Shown here: in pieces, positions 1 to 7,849 of the stretch | Position numbering within the stretch: the stretch's first letter is position 1 | Layout: each line of letters opens with the position of its first letter | From: Pseudomonadota bacterium | GTDB taxonomy: Bacteria > Pseudomonadota > Gammaproteobacteria > Burkholderiales > JABEVD01 | NCBI GenBank assembly: GCA_021848705.1 | Contig: JAJZTT010000001.1 | Span: 7,837 to 71,836 of the forward strand | DNA: 64,000 nucleotides | Direction of reading: 5' to 3' | Position numbers and translations under genes: made by a program | The notes under the pieces: model-generated | Told to the model about the DNA's origin: nothing | What the model saw: the letters and a program-made list of their open reading frames with translations, nothing else | Databases searched by the model: none

Positions 1-283
1 CGGAAGCCTCGCCGCTCTTCAGCGCAACCGTCACCACGGGATGATTTTTCGCGATTTCATCGATGCTCCCTTCCTCGGTTTTGCAGATCGGGCACCAGGT
101 CGCCCAGAAATGAACCAGGTAGGGGCGCCCGGAAAATTCGGGAACGATTCTCCCGTCGAGCAGCCTTCCTTCCAGAACGGGGGCCGGCCCGGAAGGCACG
201 TCGCGCTGCTGCCAGTAGCGAACGGAGAAAAGGATGAGAAAGAAGATCAGGACTTCCGCGCTGCGGCGAACCCATTTATTCAT
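1..283 (-). CDS. membrane-anchored thioredoxin-fold thiol:disulfide oxidoreductase (TlpA/DsbE-like), C-terminus cut by window edge
   Basis: Not in ORF track (open at the window edge). Hand translation from ATG at 283 gives MNKWVRRSAEVLIFFLILFSVRYWQQRDVPSGPAPVLEGRLLDGRIVPEFSGRPYLVHFWATWCPICKTEEGSIDEIAKNHPVVTVALKSGEAS. It has an N-terminal TM anchor and a WCPIC redox motif. Confidence 0.7.
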   Translation of the reverse strand, partial: MNKWVRRSAEVLIFFLILFSVRYWQQRDVPSGPAPVLEGRLLDGRIVPEFSGRPYLVHFWATWCPICKTEEGSIDEIAKNHPVVTVALKSGEAS

Positions 284-671
284 GATCTGCGGCCAGATGC
301 CATACTTCCAGGAGAAGGCGCCTGAGTCCTTCATTTTGTGCAGGGTCGACTCCGGTTTCGCGGATGGCGATCGGCCCGACCCTCTCCAGAATCCTCTCCT
401 CGAAAAGCCGGTTCGCAAGCCCCGGGAGATTGAGCCGTCCTTCCCTGAAATACTCCGCAGCAAGCCCCTTCGGGTTGTCGAACTCCAGTTCAGATTCTTC
501 CATCACCTCGTAAAGGTAGGAATAGGTGTCGACATCGTTCATGTGCGCCAGGATACGATAGAATCCGGAAGAATCCGCCGGCATGTGTTCATCGAGGTTC
601 ACCGAAGCGGAAAGACTATAATCCTCCCCCCTGAACGAAAATTCGACATGCACGTCAATGCTGTTTTCCAT
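276..671 (-). CDS. hypothetical acidic protein (131 aa from the internal ATG)
   Basis: Lies in the 276..803 ORF. ATG at 671 is preceded by GGAGGAAG. It overlaps the upstream ORF stop by 17 nt and the downstream thioredoxin-like start by 8 nt. No family recognised. Confidence 0.5.
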   Translation of the reverse strand: MENSIDVHVEFSFRGEDYSLSASVNLDEHMPADSSGFYRILAHMNDVDTYSYLYEVMEESELEFDNPKGLAAEYFREGRLNLPGLANRLFEERILERVGPIAIRETGVDPAQNEGLRRLLLEVWHLAADHE

Positions 672-1041
672 CCACTTCCTCCAGAATTTCCACAGATGCT
701 TCCCCGTATTCGCCGATTTCCACCTTGATTTCGCAATATTCAGCCTGCACCTCGACCGGTGTGGGGTCGTCAGCGCAACTGCATCCTGCGACGATCCCTT
801 CATAGAAGATCCCCGCCTTCACGAAAATCCTGCCTTTTTCTTCATGGGCGCAGATCAGCATCACCTCGATTGCCGAATCCAGGGCGACGCTGGTGACGGA
901 AAGGCACTTTTGCAGGGGAAGGATTGCGGCATTGCGCTTCAGTTCCTCCCGGAAGATCGCTGAAAAACCTTCCGTCCCCCAGGCTGCGTGCGAATTTTCC
1001 AGCCTCAATGTGCTTCGTCCCAGTTGCGACCGGAGCCGCAT
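655..1041 (-). CDS. hypothetical protein with a GCSCADDP cysteine motif
   Basis: ORF of 128 aa. An alternative TTG start at 1008 overlaps the polA TGA stop (ATTGA), giving 117 aa. No family recognised. Confidence 0.45.
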   Translation of the reverse strand: MRLRSQLGRSTLRLENSHAAWGTEGFSAIFREELKRNAAILPLQKCLSVTSVALDSAIEVMLICAHEEKGRIFVKAGIFYEGIVAGCSCADDPTPVEVQAEYCEIKVEIGEYGEASVEILEEVDGKQH

Positions 1042-3683
1042 TCGACCAGAAGCGGCACGGAAAGACTCGCAGCGCTGGTCATCCTTTCGGGCAGGCCCTG
1101 CATCACGAGTTCGATTTCTCCTTCAGGAACCTCCAGCACCAGTTCGTCGTGTACCTGCATCACCATCCGGCTTCGGAGTCCCGCTTCCCTTATCCATTTC
1201 TGCACGGAGATCATGGCGAGCTTGATGAGGTCTGCTGCGGTGCCCTGCATCGGCGCATTGATCGCCGCGCGTTCTGCGGCTGCGCGCCTCATTCCGTTGG
1301 AAGACCGGATTTCGGGGAGCCAGAGCCTGCGCCCGAATACGGTCTCGACATAGCCCTTTTCCTTCGCTTCCTCGCGGATTTTTTCCATGTATCCCGCCAC
1401 ACCCGGATACCGTGAAAAATATCGGTCGATGTAGATCTGGGCTGCATTCCGGTCGATTCCGATCTGGGAAGCGAGCCCGAAAACCGACATGCCGTAGATC
1501 AGGCCGAAATTGATGACCTTTGCATAGCGGCGCTGCTCGGAGGAAATTTCGGAAGGAGGAACGCCAAAAATCTCGGATGCGGTTGCCCTGTGGATGTCCT
1601 CCCCGCGAGAGAAGGCGTCGAGCAGTCCATGATCGCCGGAAATATGCGCCATGATCCTCAATTCGATCTGGGAATAATCCGCCGAGACCAGCCTGAAACC
1701 TTCCGGCGCGACGATCGCCTCCCGGATCCTCCTCCCCTCCTCGGTCCGAACCGGGATGTTCTGCAAGTTTGGAGAGAGACTGGAGAGCCTCCCCGTCACC
1801 GCAACCGCCTGCGCATAGGTGGTGTGGACCCGCCCGGTCACACTGTTCACCATTTTCGGCAGCTTGTCGGTATAAGTGGATTTCAGCTTGGCAAGCCCGC
1901 GGTATTCGAGCAACGTTTTCGGTAGCGGATAATCGAGCGCAAGCTTCTCCAGCACCTCCTCGTCGGTGGAGGGGGCTCCGCCCTGGGTCTTCTTGAGAAC
2001 CGGCAGGCCGAGCAGATCGAAAAGGATTTCCTGAACCTGCTTCGGGGAATTGAGGTTGAAAGGCTGTCCAGCGATTTCGAATGCGGATGCTTCGAGTGCC
2101 GCCATTTTCAAGCCCAGTTCATGGCTCTGCTGGAGGAGCATTTTCGAATCGAGCAGAATTCCCTGCCGTTCCATGGCGAAGAGCACCGAAAGGACCGGCA
2201 TTTCGATTTCCCGGTAGACGAACTGCATCTTCCCTTCCAGGCGGGGATGCAGGGCATGGTGAAGCCTGAATACGAGGTCGGCCGCCTCGCACGAATGTGC
2301 AGCCGCCTTTTCGATTTCAACCTGATCGTAGCCGATCCTGGATGCGCCCTTCCCCGCGATTTCCTCGCGCTTTTTCATCGCAACGTGGAGATGCCGATCG
2401 GCAAGGCTTTCAAGATCGTGCGGCCTGTGACTTTCCAGCACATAGGATTCCATGCCCACGTCGTGCATCACGCCGCGGAGCGCGATGCCGTGATTGGCGA
2501 AGGCATGCATCGCGAATTTCGCCTCGCTGCAGACCTTGGCGCATTCTTCCGATTCCAGCCATCCTCTCAGTTTCTCCAGCGCATGGACGATCTGATCGGG
2601 CGCGCCCGGATACACATGGGAAACGGGAAGATAGGCAGCCTCACCTTGCCTCACCGAGAAGGAAAGACCGACGATCCCGGCCTGCATCGGCTCGTCGCTC
2701 GTGGTTTCGATGACGAGGGAGGAAAGGGAGGAGTGTTTCAATTTCCCCAGCCAGGAATCCAGGCTTTTTTCTTCCAGGATCGTTTCAAAATTCGCAACGG
2801 GCATTGCGGTCGCCTCTTCAGGTGAAGCCTCGAGTTCTGCAAGCCAGGTTTTGAATTCGAATCTTCTGTAAATCTCCGAAAGTTTCTTGCGATCCCGCTC
2901 CTGCCCGGTCAGGTCTTCCCAGGAAAGACCGAGTTCGAGGTCCGTCCGGATGGTGACCAGCTTTCTCGCCATGGGCAGCCATTCCAGGGAATTCCTGAGG
3001 TTTTCCCCGACCACCCCCTTCACTGCATGCGCATTTTCCATCACTGCTTCCAGGCTTCCGTGCTCTGCCAGCCATTTCACCGCAGTCTTGGGTCCGACCT
3101 TCGCGACCCCCGGAACATTGTCCACCGCATCCCCGACGAGGGAAAGGTAATCGACGATCCTCCCGGGACCCACGCCGAACTTGCCGGTCACCCCTTCCTC
3201 GTCCAGCCATTCGCCCGTCATGGTATTGACGAGTTTCACGTGCGGCCCGACGAGTTGGGCCATGTCCTTGTCACCGGTGGAGATGACGGTTTCCATCCCG
3301 GTCTTCGCAGCCGCCCCGGCAAGCGTCCCGATCACGTCGTCCGCTTCCACCCCCTCGATCATGAGGAGAGGCCATCCCATCGCCCGGATCGCCTCCAGCA
3401 GAGGCCCCACCTGGGAGGAAAGTTCGGGGGGCATGGGGGGGCGATTGGCCTTGTATTCCGGATACCATTCGTCGCGGAATGTTTTGCCTTTGGCGTCGAA
3501 CACGCACGCGCTATAATCCGCCTTGACTTCGCGGTGCAGGCGCTTCAGCATGTTGAGCACGCCGTAAATCGCCCCGGTGGGCTCGTTTTCCCCGTTCCTG
3601 AGATCGGGAAGCGCATGGAACGCCCGGTAGAGGTAGGAAGAACCGTCCACGAGCAGCAATTTTTTGTTTTTCAGATCATTCAT
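1005..3683 (-). CDS. polA: DNA polymerase I
   Basis: 892 aa. 5'-3' exonuclease N-terminus LLLVDGSSYLYRAFHA; polymerase motifs DYSQIELRIMAH, RRYAKVINFGLIYGMS and QVHDELV. Confidence 0.97.
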   Translation of the reverse strand: MNDLKNKKLLLVDGSSYLYRAFHALPDLRNGENEPTGAIYGVLNMLKRLHREVKADYSACVFDAKGKTFRDEWYPEYKANRPPMPPELSSQVGPLLEAIRAMGWPLLMIEGVEADDVIGTLAGAAAKTGMETVISTGDKDMAQLVGPHVKLVNTMTGEWLDEEGVTGKFGVGPGRIVDYLSLVGDAVDNVPGVAKVGPKTAVKWLAEHGSLEAVMENAHAVKGVVGENLRNSLEWLPMARKLVTIRTDLELGLSWEDLTGQERDRKKLSEIYRRFEFKTWLAELEASPEEATAMPVANFETILEEKSLDSWLGKLKHSSLSSLVIETTSDEPMQAGIVGLSFSVRQGEAAYLPVSHVYPGAPDQIVHALEKLRGWLESEECAKVCSEAKFAMHAFANHGIALRGVMHDVGMESYVLESHRPHDLESLADRHLHVAMKKREEIAGKGASRIGYDQVEIEKAAAHSCEAADLVFRLHHALHPRLEGKMQFVYREIEMPVLSVLFAMERQGILLDSKMLLQQSHELGLKMAALEASAFEIAGQPFNLNSPKQVQEILFDLLGLPVLKKTQGGAPSTDEEVLEKLALDYPLPKTLLEYRGLAKLKSTYTDKLPKMVNSVTGRVHTTYAQAVAVTGRLSSLSPNLQNIPVRTEEGRRIREAIVAPEGFRLVSADYSQIELRIMAHISGDHGLLDAFSRGEDIHRATASEIFGVPPSEISSEQRRYAKVINFGLIYGMSVFGLASQIGIDRNAAQIYIDRYFSRYPGVAGYMEKIREEAKEKGYVETVFGRRLWLPEIRSSNGMRRAAAERAAINAPMQGTAADLIKLAMISVQKWIREAGLRSRMVMQVHDELVLEVPEGEIELVMQGLPERMTSAASLSVPLLVECGSGRNWDEAH

Positions 3684-3707
3684 CGATCGCGAGGAGCGTA
3701 GTAGAAA

Positions 3708-4430
3708 ATGAACAAGAAGATCCTCCAGCAGGATTCCGCCGAAAAAGTCGAAAAGCCCTGGTCCGCCCGTGAATCCTGGCGCATTTTCGGCATTATGTCA
3801 GAATTCTTCGAAGCCACCGAGCGGCTCAACGCGGTTCACCCTGCAGTCAGCATCTTCGGTAGCGCAAGGACTTCTCAGGATCACGAGCATTACAAGCTTA
3901 CCGAAAAAATCGCGAGACTGCTTTCGGAGGCGGGCTTCGCCGTGATTTCGGGGGGTGGCCCCGGCATCATGGAAGCGGCCAACAAGGGCGCATATTTCGG
4001 TCCTTCCGCGAGCATCGGCCTCAACATCCAGCTCCTCCACGAACAGCACAGCAACAAGTACCAGGACATCAGCCAGACCTTCCGGCATTTTTTCGCCCGC
4101 AAGGTGATGTTCGTCAAGTTCGCCTCCGCCTATGTGGTGATGCCGGGCGGATTCGGCACCCTGGACGAACTGATGGAAGCGCTCACTCTGGTCCAGACCG
4201 GAAAGACCAGGCGCATCCCCATCATCCTGGTGCATTCCCCTTTCTGGAATGGACTTGTGGACTGGATTCGCGAAGTGCTGGTGAAGGAAGGAATGATCAG
4301 CCCCGAGGATCTCGACCTCATCCAGATGATAGACGAACCCGAAGCAGTCGTGGATGCGATCTTCAAGCACTACGAAACGCGCGGATTCACCCCATCGGAA
4401 GCGGATCACGAGATTCAGCTCAACCTCTAG
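3708..4430 (+). CDS. LOG family (TIGR00730-type) nucleotide 5'-monophosphate nucleosidase
   Basis: Motifs GGGPGIMEA and PGGFGTLDEL; GAGGAG SD upstream. Confidence 0.85.
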   Translation: MNKKILQQDSAEKVEKPWSARESWRIFGIMSEFFEATERLNAVHPAVSIFGSARTSQDHEHYKLTEKIARLLSEAGFAVISGGGPGIMEAANKGAYFGPSASIGLNIQLLHEQHSNKYQDISQTFRHFFARKVMFVKFASAYVVMPGGFGTLDELMEALTLVQTGKTRRIPIILVHSPFWNGLVDWIREVLVKEGMISPEDLDLIQMIDEPEAVVDAIFKHYETRGFTPSEADHEIQLNL

Positions 4431-4478
4431 GCCGCTTTTCGGATAAAATACCGGCTTACGGCCAAGAAGGAAAACATC

Positions 4479-4799
4479 ATGCGTATCCCATTTCTCGCGC
4501 TTCTCTGCCTGCTGTCAATCTCGGCACATGCAGCCGAGCCCAAGGGACTCGAGCCTCTCCCGGATGCCGTGCCTCCCCTCGTCGGCAGCGACAAGCAGCC
4601 CGAGGTGACCTCGAAGGAAAGAAACGGGGAAAAGATCGAGGAATACCGCATGCATGGCCACCTGTACATGATCAAGGTCACACCCGCCCACGGCCCTTCC
4701 TACTATCTCGTCGACATGAGGGGCGACGGCAAGTTCGTGAGGCAGGCGCCCCGCGATTCGACCATCCGGCCGCCCATGTGGGTCATCCACCGCTTCTAA
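4479..4799 (+). CDS. secreted DUF2782-like protein
   Basis: Signal peptide MRIPFLALLCLLSISAHA. EEYRMHGHLYMIKVTP ... YYLVDMRGDG pattern. Usual position between polA and thrB. Confidence 0.7.
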   Translation: MRIPFLALLCLLSISAHAAEPKGLEPLPDAVPPLVGSDKQPEVTSKERNGEKIEEYRMHGHLYMIKVTPAHGPSYYLVDMRGDGKFVRQAPRDSTIRPPMWVIHRF

Positions 4800-4803
4800 T
4801 CCG

Positions 4804-5742
4804 ATGTCCGTATTCACCACCGTCACGCCCGAAGAGCTTTCCGTCTGGCTTGAAAATTTCGATCTGGGCGCGCTTTCCGGTCTCCAGGGCATCGCATCCG
4901 GAATCGAGAACACCAACTATTTCGTCACCACGACGCGCGGCCGCTATGTGCTCACTCTTTTCGAGAAGCTGAGCCACGAGGAACTGCCCTATTACCTCAA
5001 CCTGATGGCGCACCTCGCAAAATGCGGCATCCCCTGTCCCAGGCCGATTCCGGACCATGGAAACCGGCTTCTGGGCACCCTGAACGGCAAGCCTGCCAGC
5101 ATCGTCACCTGCCTTTCCGGGAAATCGGTCGAACATCCGGATGCGCGACATTGTCGTGAAATCGGCGCGATGCTCGCAAGAATGCACCTTGCAGGAGAAA
5201 CCTATCCGGAAAGGATGGACAATCCCAGGGGGGCATCCTGGTGGGAGAATGCGCTGGACGAGATACTGCCGCATGCAGAAGCTTCGGAAGGAAAGCTGCT
5301 GAAGGAAGAGATCGTCTTCCAGTCACGATTCGAGTCAGCGGACCTTCCGGCGGGCGTCATCCATGCCGACCTTTTCCGCGACAATGTGCTCTTCGACGGA
5401 AGAAACATCGGAGGGCTGATCGACTTCTATTTCGCCTGCAACGACAGCCTTCTTTTCGATGTCGCCATCACGGTGAACGACTGGTGCATGGATTCGTGCA
5501 GGCTGGACGAGGAAAAGACCCGTGCCTTCCTTTGCGCCTATCACGATATCCGCCCCTTCACCGCCAAAGAGAAGGAATCATGGCCGGCGCTGCTGAGGCG
5601 GGCCGCCTTGCGGTTCTGGGTCTCCCGTCTCTACGACTTCCATCTGCCGAGGCCTGGCGAGCTCACCCATGCGAAGGACCCGGACCATTTCAGGGCGATC
5701 CTGGAAGGACATATCGCCGACCCGGATCCGCCCTGGATCTGA
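4804..5742 (+). CDS. thrB: homoserine kinase, type II (APH-fold ThrB)
   Basis: 312 aa. GIENTNYFV N-terminal motif and HADLFRDNVLF catalytic loop. Confidence 0.9.
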   Translation: MSVFTTVTPEELSVWLENFDLGALSGLQGIASGIENTNYFVTTTRGRYVLTLFEKLSHEELPYYLNLMAHLAKCGIPCPRPIPDHGNRLLGTLNGKPASIVTCLSGKSVEHPDARHCREIGAMLARMHLAGETYPERMDNPRGASWWENALDEILPHAEASEGKLLKEEIVFQSRFESADLPAGVIHADLFRDNVLFDGRNIGGLIDFYFACNDSLLFDVAITVNDWCMDSCRLDEEKTRAFLCAYHDIRPFTAKEKESWPALLRRAALRFWVSRLYDFHLPRPGELTHAKDPDHFRAILEGHIADPDPPWI

Positions 5743-5743
5743 A

Positions 5744-6550
5744 TCAGAAGGTCAGGGTTTCCCCCACCTTCATCACTTCGAGCTTCGCCTTCGCTTTGTT
5801 CGCCTTCAGGGCCTTCGCAAACTCTTCCGGGGTCCCGGTCAGGATCGGGAAGGTTCCGTAGTGCATCGGGATCACCACCTTCGGGTTCACCAGGTTCACT
5901 GCGAGGGCAGCGCGCTCCGGCCCCATGGTGAAATGGTCTCCGATGCAGGCAAGCATCACGTCGACCTTGTGGAATTTCGCAACCAGCTTCATGTCCGCAA
6001 AGACGTCCGTGTCCCCTGTATGGTAGATTGCAGGCCCGTTCTTCACCATGATGAGGAATCCGCCCGGATTTCCGCCCATGTGGATTTCCTTCCCGTCGGG
6101 AGGCGTGACGGAAGAGCTGTGGATCGCGGGAACGAAGGCGATGTCGACCTCCCCTCCCAGCAGATGAATTTCTCCACCGAAATTGCCCAGCGTATCATAC
6201 CCGGCCTGATCCTTCGGATATCCCGCATACTTGACGAGGCTCGTTCCGAGATCGAAAGTCGAAACCAGCTTCGCCCCGGTCTTCTTCGCGATTTCGACCG
6301 CATCGCCGACATGATCGAAATGACCATGGGTGATCAGGATCAAATCGACCTTGCCGAGATTCGCCAGATCTTCCTTGCCCGCCTTGTTGGAAGGATTGGT
6401 GATCCAGGGATCGACGAGCAGCACATGACCTTCAGGCGTCTCGATCCTGAACGCGGAGTGTCCGTACCAGGTGAGTTCGGTGCCGGAAGCGAATCCCGCT
6501 GCGGGAAGCAGCAGGGCAAAAATGAGCGAAAATATCCTGAAAAATTGCAT
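5744..6550 (-). CDS. secreted metallo-beta-lactamase-fold hydrolase
   Basis: HGHFDHVGD motif. Start trimmed to ATG 6550 ([21 protein letters not shown] signal peptide) with GGAGG SD. The track ORF extends to 6766. Confidence 0.8.
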   Translation of the reverse strand: MQFFRIFSLIFALLLPAAGFASGTELTWYGHSAFRIETPEGHVLLVDPWITNPSNKAGKEDLANLGKVDLILITHGHFDHVGDAVEIAKKTGAKLVSTFDLGTSLVKYAGYPKDQAGYDTLGNFGGEIHLLGGEVDIAFVPAIHSSSVTPPDGKEIHMGGNPGGFLIMVKNGPAIYHTGDTDVFADMKLVAKFHKVDVMLACIGDHFTMGPERAALAVNLVNPKVVIPMHYGTFPILTGTPEEFAKALKANKAKAKLEVMKVGETLTF

Positions 6551-6611
6551 TTGGCCTCCCCGGAGTTTTTTGGAAGTATAGATCAGGGAAGGCCGAAATG
6601 GTCGGAAAAGT

Positions 6612-6791
6612 TCAATTTTGCCGTTCGATTCGTTCCAGGCAATACCCCACTGCAAAGGCGACATGGTAGAGGGAAAGATTCTGGCGCGCTGCATTGAGGC
6701 GCTGTTCGAGTCCCTCGAGCTTGTCGACGTCGCATTCCTGCCCCCAGGCCTGAGCCGCTTTTGCATCCTTTTGCAATATGTCTTTGCCCAT
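6612..6791 (-). CDS. hypothetical 59-aa helical protein
   Basis: [62 protein letters not shown] at 6791. No family recognised; could be a gene remnant. Confidence 0.3.
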   Translation of the reverse strand: MGKDILQKDAKAAQAWGQECDVDKLEGLEQRLNAARQNLSLYHVAFAVGYCLERIERQN

Positions 6792-6908
6792 GCCTGATTC
6801 CCCCAGTGCAGCGATCAAATGAACCCGCCAGCGCCCATTGAAAACGCTTATATCCCCATGATGGTTCAGGTTTTCTGGAAAATCAATATATATCGTTTTT
6901 GCAAAAAA

Positions 6909-7140
6909 CTTTTCCGATTCTGTCCACCGGTTTCCACGATGCGGAGAGAAATGTCAAAGGCAAAGAACCGGCGATCCATTTGCCTGTTTTTGCTGGAAAT
7001 ATTTTCTTGCACAAAAATCCGGCACTTTGCCCCTGGCATTGATTTCAGCGGCGTCACGGGGTTTTTCCATGCCTTTTCAACACACTTATCCACAGAAAAA
7101 GTGGAAAAAATGAATTTCCCTTCCATTCCGGATGGTTGCG
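6909..7140 (+). repeat. module copy A (promoter-like region, small ORF, conserved 3' blocks), paralogous to 7622-7878
   Basis: Hand alignment with copy B. Shared blocks are TTGATTTCAGC, CATGCCTTTTCAACA (15/15), CTTATCCACAG (11/11), ATGAATTT and GGTTGC. Weaker similarity runs back through the ATG and SD. Confidence 0.6.
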
Positions 7141-7289
7141 GCAGGAAATTCAGTCTCCATGTTCGGGAAAATCCTTCAGGCAGCATCTTCCGGAAGGATT
7201 GCTGGTCTGACAGGAACACATGCCACGCCTCGTCTGCTCGACCACGAAATCCTTCGTTGCCGGGTTTCGATCGAAGTCCTCCCGGCTGA
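6951..7289 (+). CDS. small ORF paralog A. By homology it should end near 7113, but it reads on to 7289 as assembled.
   Basis: GGAGAGAA then ATG. Product MSKAKNRRSICLFLLEIFSCTKIRHFAPGIDFSGVTGFFHAFSTHLSTEKVEK.... The conserved TGA (7111-7113) is out of frame by one A in the A6 run at 7105-7110. Confidence 0.3.
   Translation: MSKAKNRRSICLFLLEIFSCTKIRHFAPGIDFSGVTGFFHAFSTHLSTEKVEKMNFPSIPDGCGRKFSLHVRENPSGSIFRKDCWSDRNTCHASSARPRNPSLPGFDRSPPG
7086..7094 (+). promoter_or_regulatory. perfect DnaA-box 9-mer TTATCCACA in module A
   Basis: Exact match. Flanked by TTTTCAACA (7074-7082) and an inverted AGTGGAAAA. Actual DnaA binding is untested. Confidence 0.35.
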
Positions 7290-7551
7290 CCCCGAAACAG
7301 TGGCAAACCAGGCCGCTGCCGTCTTTCGCAGCGAACGAGGTGCGAATTTCGGATCTTTCGAATACCGTCCCGTCTTCTCCGAAATAGGCGACCTCGCAGT
7401 CCGGGTTACTGCAGAAATAATATCGGCTCGCACCGGGAATCCAGGTCCAAGGCTCCCGGATATGATGAAGAATCGTCTTCACCGAAACTTCCTGACACTC
7501 CCGTCCATCGCCGGGACAAATGTTCCCATTCCCCGAATCCGCACCGCTCAT
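7150..7551 (-). CDS. Cys-rich CopZ N-terminal-domain-like putative [2Fe-2S]/Zn metallochaperone-type protein
   Basis: 133 aa from ATG 7551 (GGGAGA SD). Pattern CPGDGRECQ ... YYFCSNPDCEVAYF ... VCHCFG ... GMCSCQTSNPSGRCCL matches my recollection of the CopZ-NT/BFD-like family. The track ORF extends to 7698. Confidence 0.6.
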   Translation of the reverse strand: MSGADSGNGNICPGDGRECQEVSVKTILHHIREPWTWIPGASRYYFCSNPDCEVAYFGEDGTVFERSEIRTSFAAKDGSGLVCHCFGVSREDFDRNPATKDFVVEQTRRGMCSCQTSNPSGRCCLKDFPEHGD

Positions 7552-7582
7552 GATTCTTCTCCCTGGTATCCTGGACGCATGA

Positions 7583-7613
7583 CGGTGAAAAGCTTCCGGC
7601 CATGTTTTCACCG
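7583..7613. promoter_or_regulatory. 9-bp perfect inverted repeat CGGTGAAAA-N13-TTTTCACCG in a divergent promoter region
   Basis: Seen directly. Lies 32-62 nt upstream of the CopZ-like ATG and 66-96 nt upstream of small ORF B. Confidence 0.4.
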
Positions 7614-7678
7614 GATTATGCCTCTTTCCCGTTCCGGCCGGAAACTCTGCCCACAGAAAGATCCATGCATGAGGAAAA

Positions 7679-7849
7679 ATGTCAACAAGCCGGCGCAAGC
7701 CTTTTCATTCAGCATATCTTGCTGTTTTCATAAAGAACTTTTTTGCCTGCAAATTGAGCAAGCGTGCCTCAGCCCTTGATTTCAGCCGTATTCCGGCCCT
7801 TCTTCATGCCTTTTCAACAGGCTTATCCACAGCAAATGTGGACAGATGA
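7679..7849 (+). CDS. small ORF paralog B (56 aa)
   Basis: GAGGAAAA then ATG. Product MSTSRRKPFHSAYLAVFIKNFFACKLSKRASALDFSRIPALLHAFSTGLSTANVDR*. Below the track length cutoff. C-terminal 26 aa are 12/26 identical to paralog A, with further conservative changes. Confidence 0.35.
   Translation: MSTSRRKPFHSAYLAVFIKNFFACKLSKRASALDFSRIPALLHAFSTGLSTANVDR
7823..7831 (+). promoter_or_regulatory. perfect DnaA-box 9-mer TTATCCACA in module B
   Basis: Exact match. Flanked by TTTTCAACA (7811-7819) and an inverted TGTGGACAG. Confidence 0.35.

Noticed and set aside
6612-6791. HEPN-domain remnant, suggested by R-x6-H (ARQNLSLYH) in the 59-aa ORF.
   Set aside because: The ORF is far too short for a HEPN fold. 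There is no adjacent nucleotidyltransferase partner, and a single short motif has little weight.
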